64,000 nt of DNA from Promethearchaeota archaeon (GCA_016840085.1 JAEOTA010000084.1:1-64000), one strand, 5' to 3'. Numbered from the stretch's first letter, positions 1-10,976 are shown. Program-made: numbers and translations. Notes: generated by a model not told the origin, from the letters alone.

Positions 1-760
<760 letters not shown>

Positions 761-824
761 TCTTGCGTAAAACCGAATAAAATTTGTTAAATTTTCGTAG
801 TTTAAAAGTTTATTTTAAAATTAA

Positions 825-1862
825 ATGATATCATTTCTAAAAAGGAATATTTGGTATAAAATGAACCTCAATGAAAAAATAGGAATCCACTTAGACCAAA
901 TAAAGCAGATAAAAGGTGTAGAAAATGCTGTATTAACACAAAGAGACGGGAATCCAATTCAATCAACGGGAGTATGGTTTTCGAAAGATGAAATTTTTAA
1001 TGTAAGTTCTGCTACCAGTGCAATTTTTAATGTTGGTATTCATTTGCATCCTAAGGATCTAAAATATATCTTGATTGAAGGGAAAAAAGCAAAAATCTTA
1101 ATTGCCCCCTTAAACAGTCCTGTCCATAATTCATTAAGTAAGATTTTAGAAATACAAAATATTTTGGATGGGAATCATGAATTCTTCATGGCAATTACAG
1201 CACAGCCCAATATCAATTTAGGGGGAATATTTTTACAAACTAATGAATGTTTAAGGAAGATTAAGACTAGTCTAATAACATCTGGAGAGTCTTTTAAACC
1301 CCCCTTAATACAATTTAATAGTCAGAAAATTCAAAACATCATCGAAGGATTTAATGTTAAAGAAAATGAAGAATTCAATCTAAAGATATCTCCCTTTTCA
1401 TTAAGCTTCTCAAAAACAATATCATTAGAATTAAAAAAAGTTTTGAATAATATCTCTTTAACGATTCCCGATTTAAAATATGCTTTTATAACTATCGAAG
1501 GGGGATTTATCGCTTCAAAATTATTAAAAAAAGTTGAAATGAGTTCAGAGAAATTAGACAAGATATCAGCAATGAGTTATTCACTTTTTCAAACAGCTAA
1601 TAGATGTGCGTGGATGTTGAAAAAAATGCATGCCGAAAGAATACTATTAGATTGTGATAATACCTTTCAATTTATCGATGGGTTAGGAAAAGCAGTATTT
1701 AGTACTATAATTGGAAAAATGAGACAAAAATTAGGCTTAATAAGACTAATTCTCCCCCAATTTACTAAAAAAGTTAGTACACTTATCAAAGAAGCTTCTG
1801 ATTTTCAAGAACATAGGACATTTGATATTAAAAGGATGTTAGGAGAATTAATAATTAAATAG
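825..1862 (+). CDS. tandem roadblock/LAMTOR (MglB-like) two-domain protein; real start probably 861
   Basis: Two repeats of the roadblock pattern: IKGVENAVLTQRDGNPI..VSSATSAIF..ILIEGKKAKILI and IPDLKYAFITIEGGFIAS..KISAMSYSLF..ILLDCD..KLGLIRL. Confidence 0.8.
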   Translation: MISFLKRNIWYKMNLNEKIGIHLDQIKQIKGVENAVLTQRDGNPIQSTGVWFSKDEIFNVSSATSAIFNVGIHLHPKDLKYILIEGKKAKILIAPLNSPVHNSLSKILEIQNILDGNHEFFMAITAQPNINLGGIFLQTNECLRKIKTSLITSGESFKPPLIQFNSQKIQNIIEGFNVKENEEFNLKISPFSLSFSKTISLELKKVLNNISLTIPDLKYAFITIEGGFIASKLLKKVEMSSEKLDKISAMSYSLFQTANRCAWMLKKMHAERILLDCDNTFQFIDGLGKAVFSTIIGKMRQKLGLIRLILPQFTKKVSTLIKEASDFQEHRTFDIKRMLGELIIK

Positions 1863-1875
1863 CACTGGTGAAAAT

Positions 1876-2772
1876 ATGAATTTCTTCGAAATTTTAGACA
1901 AATTTAAAAGAAATTATTCTTCCTTAATTCTTTATTGCCTTTTAGATAGAATTCCAATTTTCGTTTATGGTGATGATTCAGATAAAATTGATAACTTTTT
2001 AATTGATTTATCTGAACTTATACATTTTAGAAAGGAATATGTCTATTATACTGATTTTATATCTAATAGTGAATATGAAAGTTTAATTTTTAATGAAAAT
2101 ATTGACTATAACTCTCAGAGAGCACACATTCGATGTCCTTGCAATGTTGCATTAAAAGCATTAAGTCAATTTAATAAGCTTGAGTCTTGGCTAATCGGAA
2201 TCGTTATTCCTACTAATAAAGAAGATTTTTATTCAATAAGAAATCAGGTACGAGAAAAAGTTAAAGAAGCATTATATATAACTCTTTCTTCTAATAAGTT
2301 ATCAGTAAATTTTGAAAGAATTAATCCGAAAACAGTAGATTTACCATTAGAACAAAATATATTTAAAAAGATTTCTCAAGACACAGAAAAATCTATAATA
2401 AAAATGAAAAGAGTTTTAAATGATAAGACAAAACTGAATAACCTTGATAAAGATTTAATTAAAACATTAGTAGATTTTGAAGTAGAAAAAACTGAGTTAA
2501 AGAAAAATATTTTTAAAAGAGAAATTCAAAATTTCTATTCCGGTTCAAAACGTGCTTTTTTTATCTTAACAAGATTGAATTTATTATATAATATCAAAAT
2601 TCATGCTAAAATAGGAAGTAAAACTCTTTTAGAAACTATCGATTACGAGGATGCACCTTTAGAACGAATACTTTCATTTATATTTAAAGAATGGGGCGAA
2701 AATTTTTCTGATTTAATTGAAGATGGTAAAAAGACTTTTATTGGTGATAAAATAGTTTCATTATGGGGTTAG
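1876..2772 (+). CDS. conserved hypothetical protein, possibly DENN/folliculin-like core
   Basis: 298 aa ORF in an operon between the roadblock and GTPase genes; LLDRIPIFVYGDDSDKIDNFLIDLSELI...SWLIGI resembles the cDENN beta-alpha pattern (inference). Confidence 0.45.
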   Translation: MNFFEILDKFKRNYSSLILYCLLDRIPIFVYGDDSDKIDNFLIDLSELIHFRKEYVYYTDFISNSEYESLIFNENIDYNSQRAHIRCPCNVALKALSQFNKLESWLIGIVIPTNKEDFYSIRNQVREKVKEALYITLSSNKLSVNFERINPKTVDLPLEQNIFKKISQDTEKSIIKMKRVLNDKTKLNNLDKDLIKTLVDFEVEKTELKKNIFKREIQNFYSGSKRAFFILTRLNLLYNIKIHAKIGSKTLLETIDYEDAPLERILSFIFKEWGENFSDLIEDGKKTFIGDKIVSLWG

Positions 2773-3374
2773 AATTAACCATGATATTTGATTTTGAGAA
2801 TAAAACATTACAGGTAAAAATTGTATATTACGGTCCTGCAATGTCAGGAAAAACAACTTCTGTAAAATATCTTTTTTCTTTTTTTAAAAAAGAAAATTCT
2901 TTAAAATCCATAGATAGCACTGTTGGACGAACGTTGTTTTTTGATTTTGGAGTTTTACAGTTTAGTGGGACTAAATGGGATTTAAAATTTTTGGTATATT
3001 CTGCCACAGGTCAAGATTTTTATGCAAGCACTCGCCCAGCTACCCTAAACGGAGTAGATGGGATAATATTCGTTGTTGATTCTCAAAGTGAATTTTTGGA
3101 ACATAATTTAAGATCGTGGAACGAATTGAAAACGTTATTTGGAATGGAGATTTATAATATTCCCATCGTAATATCATTAAATAAGTATGATCTACAGGAT
3201 ATAAAAAAATTAAATGAATCAGAATTTTTGTCCCTAATTGATTATTGCAAATTTAAAAATCTTACATTAAAAAAAACAGTAGCTATAAATGGAAAAGGAA
3301 TATTGGATTCATTTAGTCAGCTAATCAATTTTATATTTCCGCAGCTAGTTATTAATTTAAGTTTAAATAATTAA
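2763..3374 (+). CDS. MglA-family small GTPase; start probably 2781
   Basis: KIVYYGPAMSGKTT (G1), GRTLFFDF (switch I with Arg), SATGQ, GVDGIIFVVDSQ and NKYD, the MglA signature set. Confidence 0.9.
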   Translation: MGLELTMIFDFENKTLQVKIVYYGPAMSGKTTSVKYLFSFFKKENSLKSIDSTVGRTLFFDFGVLQFSGTKWDLKFLVYSATGQDFYASTRPATLNGVDGIIFVVDSQSEFLEHNLRSWNELKTLFGMEIYNIPIVISLNKYDLQDIKKLNESEFLSLIDYCKFKNLTLKKTVAINGKGILDSFSQLINFIFPQLVINLSLNN

Positions 3375-3577
3375 TCTTTATTTTCAATTTCAACTTTTTT
3401 ATATATATTTTTCGATATTCTCTTTATATAGCCATGTAAATAAAATTGTTTTAATAAATTTCTAACTTTTCTCACTTCTAATGCTTCAATTCCTAGAATA
3501 CTCATAAACTGAAAAATAGAAAATTGTTTCGGTAAATTATCCTTTATATTGTTATATAAACCCGTCTTAAGCCACAT
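3371..3577 (-). pseudogene. small wHTH-like ORF, probably the 3' remnant of a longer decayed gene
   Basis: C-terminal VRNLLKQFYLHGYIKRISKNIYK helix-wing pattern; the upstream in-frame sequence reads LHFYE*LLKEQMW. Confidence 0.35.
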
Positions 3578-3845
3578 CTGTTCTTTTAGAAGTTATTCAT
3601 AAAAATGCAGACAAACTTTTATATTTTATTTATATTTAGAAAAATTTATTCAAAGGAGCTAAGGTTTTTATAATCCTCAAAGTAACTATAAATTATCATT
3701 CCTACTTTTAGTAGATCATCCTTGTCTAGTCGTTTTCATCGAATCTTTACAACCTTTACTGACTCCTTTTTATCGTATTCATATAAGATATTTATAAATG
3801 AAATCAAATTCGCTCTAACTGTGAAGTAACAGGATTTTTTATTAT

Positions 3846-4526
3846 TTAAAAATCACGGAACTCTTTAAATTCTTCTGGAGCTTCTCCATCACCGTATATT
3901 TGATATAATCCTGTTCTCCTTGCACATTCAGAAAAGCTGCGATATACATCTTTTCTTTTTTCATACAAAGCACAGGTTTTGTAAATTATGGGATTCCAAA
4001 AATATAATTTATCATCTGGTTCATACCAAAGTTTTTCATCTTTTAAAACTTGCTTAAAATCTTCTTCGCCTATAACCTCCGTAAGATCTTGCTTATTGAG
4101 CATTATAATAAGGGGGATTTCTTTAATTAATTTACCTCTTGTAATATTTTTCAATTCTTTTAAAGATTCTATATTGTCTTCAAAAAAATGAGTTTGTGAA
4201 TCAACAGCGAAAATAACTCCATCTGTTCCCTTAAAAATCTTCTTCCTTAACGGAGAAAATCTCCTTTGACCTGCAACAGTATATACATGATAAAAAACTT
4301 TTCCTCTACTTTGTTGTTTTGTGGATCGAAAGATGCCCCTATCAAAATATAAAGTTGATCCACTCGCCATTGAAATTTTAGTTAGATTCCCAGTAGGGGC
4401 TATGTCTTTGTCATTCTCTTTTGTGAATCTATAAAGTGTATCTACAATTGTTGTTTTTCCTGATCCTGCCATCCCCCAATAAAGAATCTTAATATAAACT
4501 TTATGATCTGCTGTGAATCGAACCAT
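3846..4526 (-). CDS. second MglA-like small GTPase (divergent)
   Basis: KILYWGMAGSGKTT, STLYFDR, YTVAGQ, GTDGVIFAVDSQ, NKQD. Confidence 0.88.
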   Translation of the reverse strand: MVRFTADHKVYIKILYWGMAGSGKTTIVDTLYRFTKENDKDIAPTGNLTKISMASGSTLYFDRGIFRSTKQQSRGKVFYHVYTVAGQRRFSPLRKKIFKGTDGVIFAVDSQTHFFEDNIESLKELKNITRGKLIKEIPLIIMLNKQDLTEVIGEEDFKQVLKDEKLWYEPDDKLYFWNPIIYKTCALYEKRKDVYRSFSECARRTGLYQIYGDGEAPEEFKEFRDF

Positions 4527-4739
4527 AGAGAAATCTACCTTCTATATTAAATTTGGTAGTAAATAAATCGTTCCTTTTAATGTTTTTAATTAAGAATATG
4601 TAATTAATGAAATATTCTTCTAATTTTATTAAATTATATTAATAAGTATTATTATAATTAAGTATTTATAAGTCCTTTTTGATATTTTTACTTTTTTACA
4701 AATCAAATACCTAAATAAAAAGTTTGAATTCAATAATCA

Positions 4740-4979
4740 TTATTGTATATTAACAAAAAATTCTCCTAATCTAATTTTATAATTACACCATAAAAGTATT
4801 TGATTATATTCTTCTCCCGAATTTCCTTCTCTAGAAATTAAATTAATAATGTCTGAATACATAATTTCTCTTTTTCCGGAAAATATTTTGTTTAACTTAT
4901 TGATTATTTCTTTCAACAATTTTAAATTATTATATGGTACATTTTTAATTTTTTCAATATTTTTGGGAGTCTGATTCAT
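4740..4979 (-). CDS. hypothetical protein
   Basis: 79 aa ORF in its own intergenic space, no recognisable motif. Confidence 0.55.
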   Translation of the reverse strand: MNQTPKNIEKIKNVPYNNLKLLKEIINKLNKIFSGKREIMYSDIINLISREGNSGEEYNQILLWCNYKIRLGEFFVNIQ

Positions 4980-5174
4980 TTTATTTCATGAATTTTTAAT
5001 ATTGTTTGTAATATTTCTTTCAAATCATTATACCTCTAAATTGAATGTTTTAAATTCAACAGTTTTTATTTTTTATCATCTCCCTCTCCTTCTCTATAGT
5101 AGATTATTCCATTTTGTAGTAATACAATTTCTTTTTAGCCTATTATTATTCCACGAAGTTAAATTAAAATTAGG

Positions 5175-6245
5175 GTGAATTTATTTATCTTAAATTCCCA
5201 GAATTTAGTGATATCTATTAGTCAAAAAGAAGAAAATACTAAAACTTTTGAAATATGTCCTGAATGTGGTGGAGATATAATAATTAATAGCTTTGAAAGA
5301 ATTTGCAATAAATGTGGGTTAGTAATTAATGAGTTTTTTAAAGAATCTTCTTTTATTTTTAATGAAAATGATAAAAAAAGTAATTTAAGTAAACAATATG
5401 TGTCCTTGGGAGCAAGAACAGATTTTATAGGTGGATTAGGTTCATTTATTGATTATGAAAATTCTAAATTTTTAAAAGATAAAACAGGAAGGCTGTTACC
5501 TCCAAATGAACAAAAATTATTTAGAAGACTAAAAAAAAATTACGATCAATTTTTAAGGATTAAAAATCATGAAACTGAGTATAGAATCTTCAATATTTTA
5601 AATAAAATCTCATTGTACCTAAATCTAAACAAAAATATTAGAAATAACGCAGCATATTATTATAAAAAAATAATCAAAAGTGAAGCTAAAGTAATTAATA
5701 ACATTTCATTAATAGCTTTCTGTATTTTTTATGCTGTAAGAAAAGAATATCATAATGCACCAATTACTATCAATGAAATTTCTAAAGCTTTTCAAAACTA
5801 CGGTCATCGCGTTAATTCTAGATTAATCTTAAGAGATGGAATAGAATATAAACATCATTTAAAAATTGACTCTACTCCTCATAAAAGTGAAGATTATCTC
5901 ATAAGATTAATCAATCAAGTTATAAATCATAAAGATTTGGTAGAAAGGCTAAAAAAAAAAGGAGTCTTTTGGTCAAAAAGAGAACTTCAAAATAAATTAA
6001 TAATAGAATGTCGCGAAATACTAAAAATATTACCCGTTAGGCTACGTGGAGGTAGAAATCCATTTATTCTAACAGGTGCAATTATATATTTAGCAGATAA
6101 GTTATTAGCTAAAAAATATTGTCAAAAAGCTATTTTAACTCAAAAAATTATCTCTGAAGTTACTAATATTGCAGAATATTCAATTCGTGATCATTATGTG
6201 AATCTCCTTAAGCCCCTTTTTTTAAACACCTTAAATTCTAGATAA
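5175..6245 (+). CDS. tfb: divergent TFIIB/TFB paralogue
   Basis: Zn ribbon CPECGG..CNKCG, two cyclin-type repeats, GRNPFILTGAIIY and C-terminal HTH TQKIISEVTNIAEYSIRDHY. Confidence 0.85.
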   Translation: MNLFILNSQNLVISISQKEENTKTFEICPECGGDIIINSFERICNKCGLVINEFFKESSFIFNENDKKSNLSKQYVSLGARTDFIGGLGSFIDYENSKFLKDKTGRLLPPNEQKLFRRLKKNYDQFLRIKNHETEYRIFNILNKISLYLNLNKNIRNNAAYYYKKIIKSEAKVINNISLIAFCIFYAVRKEYHNAPITINEISKAFQNYGHRVNSRLILRDGIEYKHHLKIDSTPHKSEDYLIRLINQVINHKDLVERLKKKGVFWSKRELQNKLIIECREILKILPVRLRGGRNPFILTGAIIYLADKLLAKKYCQKAILTQKIISEVTNIAEYSIRDHYVNLLKPLFLNTLNSR

Positions 6246-6389
6246 ACTCTATTGTAATTAATGTATTTTATGTAAAAAATTCTTCTTATTTTTGAATTTT
6301 TAAGCTTAAAAATAGTTAAATGTTATTAACTTTTTTAATTAAGTTAAATTTATAAAATTTAGAGCGTTCGAGATTTTAATTAATAAAAT

Positions 6390-6501
6390 GCTTCTGTAGT
6401 GTAGTGTGGTCAATTTATTCTTGAAATTAATAATCTCGGATTAAGACTGAGCATACGAGGCTCTCACCCTCGGGACCCGGGTTCAAATCCCGGCAGAAGC
6501 A
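6390..6501 (+). tRNA. tRNA-Glu(CTC) with 37-nt D-loop intron (~6414-6450, position ~21/22)
   Basis: Acceptor GCTTCTG/CAGAAGC, anticodon arm CGAGG-CTCTCAC-CCTCG, T arm CCGGG-TTCAAAT-CCCGG; BHB-like helix GGTC/GACT flanks the insert. Confidence 0.92.
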
Positions 6502-6588
6502 CTTAAGTTATTTAAATATATTCAACTTATAATAAAATATGTTTGAATTCAGAATATCTTTTATTATAAAATAGTACTTTTAGTAACT

Positions 6589-6975
6589 CTATTTTTCACT
6601 ATTATCTACAGATAATAATTCTTCTAGTAATTTATAGAGATTTAACAAAATTTTTATATAGTTTTCGATTATTTCAAATTGAGTCTCATTTTTTAGTCTT
6701 TCTGATATCCATTTTATTTTATCGAAAATTACTTCTTTTACAGAATTATGGATATTATTATAATCTAGCAATTTTTTCGTTTGATTAAATGAATCTGGAA
6801 ACTTGATATTTTCAGATCTCTCATTAACTTTACTAGATTCATTTTCTACAATTAATACTTTTCTATTACAAATTGGGCAAAAGGTCTCTCTATTTCGATT
6901 TCGAAAAATTGGATTTTTACAAATTGGACATGCAATATTCAACATAGTATAACCAGATCTAAGGAGATCTGCCAT
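6589..6975 (-). CDS. UPF0148 / autoantigen p27 (SSSCA1-like) Zn-ribbon protein
   Basis: MADLLRSGYTMLNIACPICKNPIF..FCPIC family pattern. Confidence 0.85.
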   Translation of the reverse strand: MADLLRSGYTMLNIACPICKNPIFRNRNRETFCPICNRKVLIVENESSKVNERSENIKFPDSFNQTKKLLDYNNIHNSVKEVIFDKIKWISERLKNETQFEIIENYIKILLNLYKLLEELLSVDNSEK

Positions 6976-7052
6976 TTTTTTTGAATCTTCGTTAATATTA
7001 ATCCCTTAAATTCTTAGTAAATGTTAAACAATTACAAATGAAGCCAGAGTTA

Positions 7053-7247
7053 TTATTCTTTGCTTTTAATTTTTAATAAATTTACAATATATCCTGAAAT
7101 TCTATTTCTTAAATGTTTTGAATCTATTTCTAAATATTTATCTAATAGTTTTTTATTTTTCTCAAAATCAGTAGTAAATACACTAGGATATTTATTTATT
7201 AATTCTTTTGAAACATTTTTAATTAAAACTGTTCTAACCTTTCCCAT
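7053..7247 (-). CDS. rps17e: 30S ribosomal protein S17e
   Basis: MGKVRT..FTTDFEKNK..SKHLRNRISGYI. Confidence 0.97.
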   Translation of the reverse strand: MGKVRTVLIKNVSKELINKYPSVFTTDFEKNKKLLDKYLEIDSKHLRNRISGYIVNLLKIKSKE

Positions 7248-7341
7248 TTCTATTACTAAACCTTATTTCTTCTTATCAGATTAAAATATTTGGCAAAATA
7301 AATTATTTTGGTTTTTATACTTTTAAACAAAGAATTATAAT

Positions 7342-8562
7342 GTGAAAAAGAAATTTCTTCTTATATTTCCATTCTTTATTTTGATAATATTTTCTAATTT
7401 TATTAATTTTGGCCATTGTTTTTTCTGTAATTTATATTATTTTAATTCTAACAAACAAGGATATTATATTAATGAAAATATTCAAATCAATGCATCTTGG
7501 GAATTAGATTATAATCAATATAATGAAATTGCTTATATTCAAATACAAATTTTTGATTGTTTTAATAATATTGTTTGGAATTCATCTGAATATGATGAAA
7601 TAGGCTTTTCTGAAAAAAGTTGGAATATAAATATTATTAATTTAAATGTTTCTTTTACAAATGGCTCCAATACTCTTTTTATCAAATTCTTTAGTTATTA
7701 CTATCAAATTAGTACAATGGATATGGTAATAACTTATCTAGAAACAATAGAAGTTGAAATAATGAAGCGAACACTCTTGTGTGAATTAATTAGATTTAAG
7801 AACCAAATAAATATTGGTGAGAATTTAAGTATTACAGCAAGATTTTATGATAAACTTTTAGAAGATAACTCCTTTTTGATAAATCAATCAATCTTGTTTA
7901 ACATATTTTCAAATGAATCATTAATATATCAGTTAAACTATATTATAAATGAATCTGGAATAATTAAATTCGATCTTTTTCCACATGAGCATTTAGAATT
8001 AGGGAAAAACATTTTGGTATTTATAGTTAAAAATAATAGTTTTTATTATGACTCAATGTTTTTTTATGAGATTTTCCTTGAGAAAAATCCCGTTTATGTT
8101 GATATTATTGGGTTCAAAGAGGATTTGGGTAAGAAAGAAGATTTAAAGATCAAATTACGCTTTTACTATTTTCAAAACAATTCCTTAAATACACTTAATA
8201 ATCATTGTATTAGAGTGATGATATTTAATAATAAATCCTTAACATATGTAAAGAACTATTTTACTGATCAATTTGGATTTTTGAATTTATCTCTTTCTCA
8301 AGAAATTTTTGTTTTCAATGAGGATTGCGAATTAGTAGTTATTGAGTTCTTCTTTAATGGAACTCTTTTATTAGAAAATAAAACTCTAACCTTAACAACA
8401 AGATTGAGTTTGTCAACTAAACAAAATTCACCCTTTCAATATAATTATTTGTTATTTGTTATTTTCATATCTATTATATTAGCGGTGCTTTCTGTGGCTG
8501 TATTTAATTATATTAAAAAAAGAAAAGAGAAACTATTGGCAGATATTACAATTAAATACTAA
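7342..8562 (+). CDS. secreted, C-terminally membrane-anchored beta-rich surface protein
   Basis: N-terminal signal peptide, Asn-rich beta-strand repeats with many N-x-S/T sequons, C-terminal TM helix followed by KKRKEK. Confidence 0.7.
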   Translation: MKKKFLLIFPFFILIIFSNFINFGHCFFCNLYYFNSNKQGYYINENIQINASWELDYNQYNEIAYIQIQIFDCFNNIVWNSSEYDEIGFSEKSWNINIINLNVSFTNGSNTLFIKFFSYYYQISTMDMVITYLETIEVEIMKRTLLCELIRFKNQINIGENLSITARFYDKLLEDNSFLINQSILFNIFSNESLIYQLNYIINESGIIKFDLFPHEHLELGKNILVFIVKNNSFYYDSMFFYEIFLEKNPVYVDIIGFKEDLGKKEDLKIKLRFYYFQNNSLNTLNNHCIRVMIFNNKSLTYVKNYFTDQFGFLNLSLSQEIFVFNEDCELVVIEFFFNGTLLLENKTLTLTTRLSLSTKQNSPFQYNYLLFVIFISIILAVLSVAVFNYIKKRKEKLLADITIKY

Positions 8563-8814
8563 AAATAAATAAGTAAATTTTGAAAATAATAATAATATAA
8601 TCTTCTCTCAATGATCTTTAAATGAAATCTAATTAAAATCTTAAATTTGATAAATTATACTTTAATGAAGTTCTTAATTTCTTAAAAAGAGTTTGAATAC
8701 ACTTTTATCTAACAAATTAAATCTTTTATAATAAAAAATTAATAGTCTGTATTTTATTATAAACAATCCCCTCTTTAATTCATAATAAATTTCTAAGATC
8801 TAATTTTCTTAAAT

Positions 8815-10014
8815 ATGGAATATTTTGAAGAATTATTAAAAAAGCCGTCATTATTTCAAGATGAGAGTAAACTTGATATAAATTATGTTCCTAATAAACT
8901 ACTCCACCGAGATAAAGAATTATCATTATTATCACAGCTTTTTTTAACTATAATCACAAATCCAAATTCAATCTCAAGAAAGATTCTAATAACAGGTAAA
9001 ATTGGAATAGGAAAAACCGTGACCGTCAAATATTTCGGAGATTTGCTTAAAAAAGCATCAAAAAAAAGAAATATAGCTATTAAATATGTTCATATTAATT
9101 GTAGAAAAGAAAGAACAAGCTATAAAGTATTAATCAAAATAATTAGAATAATTAATAAAAATTTTCCTAAAAGAGGATATTCTCCTCAAGACTTATTAGA
9201 AATATTATTAGATCTACTAAATATCCAGAATTTACATTTATTAATTGTATTAGATGAATTGAATTATCTTATTGATAAAAGTGAAGATTTGATTTACTTG
9301 TTAACCCGAATTAATGATGATTCCATCAGTTCTCAGCAAAGAATTTCTATAATTGGAATTGTAAGAGATATTACGTGTTTAAATAATATAGATAATAGTA
9401 CAATGAGTACACTACAAAGAAATATTATAAAATTTAATAATTATTCAAAACCACAAATATTCGATATTTTGAAATATAGAGCAGATATATGTTTAAAAAA
9501 AAATATTATATCTAATGAATTAATTGAAATGATTTCTGAATCAACATATAATAATGGCGATGTAAGATATGGATTGAATATTTTATGGAAAGCTACTAAA
9601 ATAGCAGAAAATAAAAATTTAAAATGCATAACAGCTGAATGTGTTCGACTTGGAAGTCAAGAATTAGTACCATTCTCAACATTAGATGTTTTGAAATATA
9701 TTTCATCGCAAAAATTAGTGTTTTTATATGCAGTAGTTAAGGCATTAAAAATTAGTGATCTGACTGAAATCTCTTTTCTTAAAATTTTGAAAAGATATCA
9801 TGTAATATGTGAAAATTTAGGATTAGATCCTAAATCTTATTCTCAATTGTGGAACTATCTCCAGGAATTTAAAAGAGAAAGCATTTTGCATACAAAAATT
9901 TTAAGTGAGAAAATTAAAGGAAGAAAAGCTTTAATTCAAGTACCTGAAATTAACTTGACAAATTTAGAAAAAATCATCACAGAGATATTAAATTCTAAAG
10001 GTTTGAAAATTTGA
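8815..10014 (+). CDS. cdc6: Orc1/Cdc6 replication initiator
   Basis: YVPNKLLHRD, Walker A GKIGIGKT, HINC, Walker B LDE, GDVR sensor, C-terminal wHTH. Confidence 0.95.
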   Translation: MEYFEELLKKPSLFQDESKLDINYVPNKLLHRDKELSLLSQLFLTIITNPNSISRKILITGKIGIGKTVTVKYFGDLLKKASKKRNIAIKYVHINCRKERTSYKVLIKIIRIINKNFPKRGYSPQDLLEILLDLLNIQNLHLLIVLDELNYLIDKSEDLIYLLTRINDDSISSQQRISIIGIVRDITCLNNIDNSTMSTLQRNIIKFNNYSKPQIFDILKYRADICLKKNIISNELIEMISESTYNNGDVRYGLNILWKATKIAENKNLKCITAECVRLGSQELVPFSTLDVLKYISSQKLVFLYAVVKALKISDLTEISFLKILKRYHVICENLGLDPKSYSQLWNYLQEFKRESILHTKILSEKIKGRKALIQVPEINLTNLEKIITEILNSKGLKI

Positions 10015-10307
10015 TTATAGATGTATCAAAAAATGAAGATTTAATCGAAAATGTATTGGGGTCAAAAGCGAGAGTTAAGATCTTAAAAACCTTAGCTAGA
10101 AATAAGGAATTAACTCTTTCATTAATTATTAATAACACAAGATTAAATTACACTAATGTTATTAAACATTTAAATTATCTAAAAAAAATTAATGTAATCC
10201 AGGAAAAAAGATTTGGGCGTATTAAAATATTTAGATATAAGATAGAAAATATAAAAGCACGGAGCTTTAAAAATTTCTTAGATATTTGGGAGGGAGATTA
10301 CTATTAA
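10011..10307 (+). CDS. ArsR-like winged-helix protein
   Basis: LGSKARVKILKTL..VIKHLNYL..EKRFGRIKIFRY; start overlaps the cdc6 stop. Confidence 0.8.
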   Translation: MIIDVSKNEDLIENVLGSKARVKILKTLARNKELTLSLIINNTRLNYTNVIKHLNYLKKINVIQEKRFGRIKIFRYKIENIKARSFKNFLDIWEGDYY

Positions 10308-10308
10308 T

Positions 10309-10976
10309 TTGAATTTAATATATTTTTTAATTAACCAAAGCTTCATATACATAATATTTTTTATTTTTCTTTATTTAGATGTAAAATTAAGAAGAATCTC
10401 TATGAAGTCTTTTAAAAGTACATATATTATCGGGCTAATTTTTAATTTAATTGAATATTTATTGTTTTTTAACAATATATTTCTATTTTTATATATAAGA
10501 TTTTTTTTTTTTTATGTATTCTAATCATATCTTTTTTATTGTTTAATTTAAAAATAATTGGAGGAAGCGATGGAAAACTATTTATATTAATTTTTTTAAT
10601 ACAACCTATTCAAAATTTAAATATAAATTGTGTTTTCTTATTCTTCTTATCATTCTCGATTTTATTTATTATCATTTTTTTATTAAACCTATTGATTAAT
10701 AGTATTTTTATAAATTGCAATGCATTCATTATTTTATTTAGTTCAAATTTAAAAATATCAATTTTACAGAAATTTTTTTTAAAATCTTTCTTTAAGTTTT
10801 TTAACTTTTCAGATTTAAATAAAAATATGAGTATGAAGAATCCTGTAAGATCATTAATTTTGATTTATAATAACGAAAAGCAAAAATTCCAAATATTATG
10901 TCAATATCGACCTCCACTGATTATAATCATAATTCTATCTTATACCATACTATTATATTTAACAATTTGTTATTAA
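10309..10976 (+). pseudogene. A24 prepilin peptidase (TadV/PibD-like) split by a frameshift in a T13 run at 10501-10513
   Basis: First catalytic Asp motif YLDVKLRRI in ORF 10309-10524, second GGSDGK in ORF 10539-10976; adding one T fuses them (RFFFFLCILIISFLLFNLKIIGGSDGK). Confidence 0.8.

Noticed and set aside
8563-8814. Possible replication origin upstream of cdc6
   Set aside because: AT-rich with one G-string (AAAGAGGGG on the minus strand) but no recognisable repeated ORB elements.
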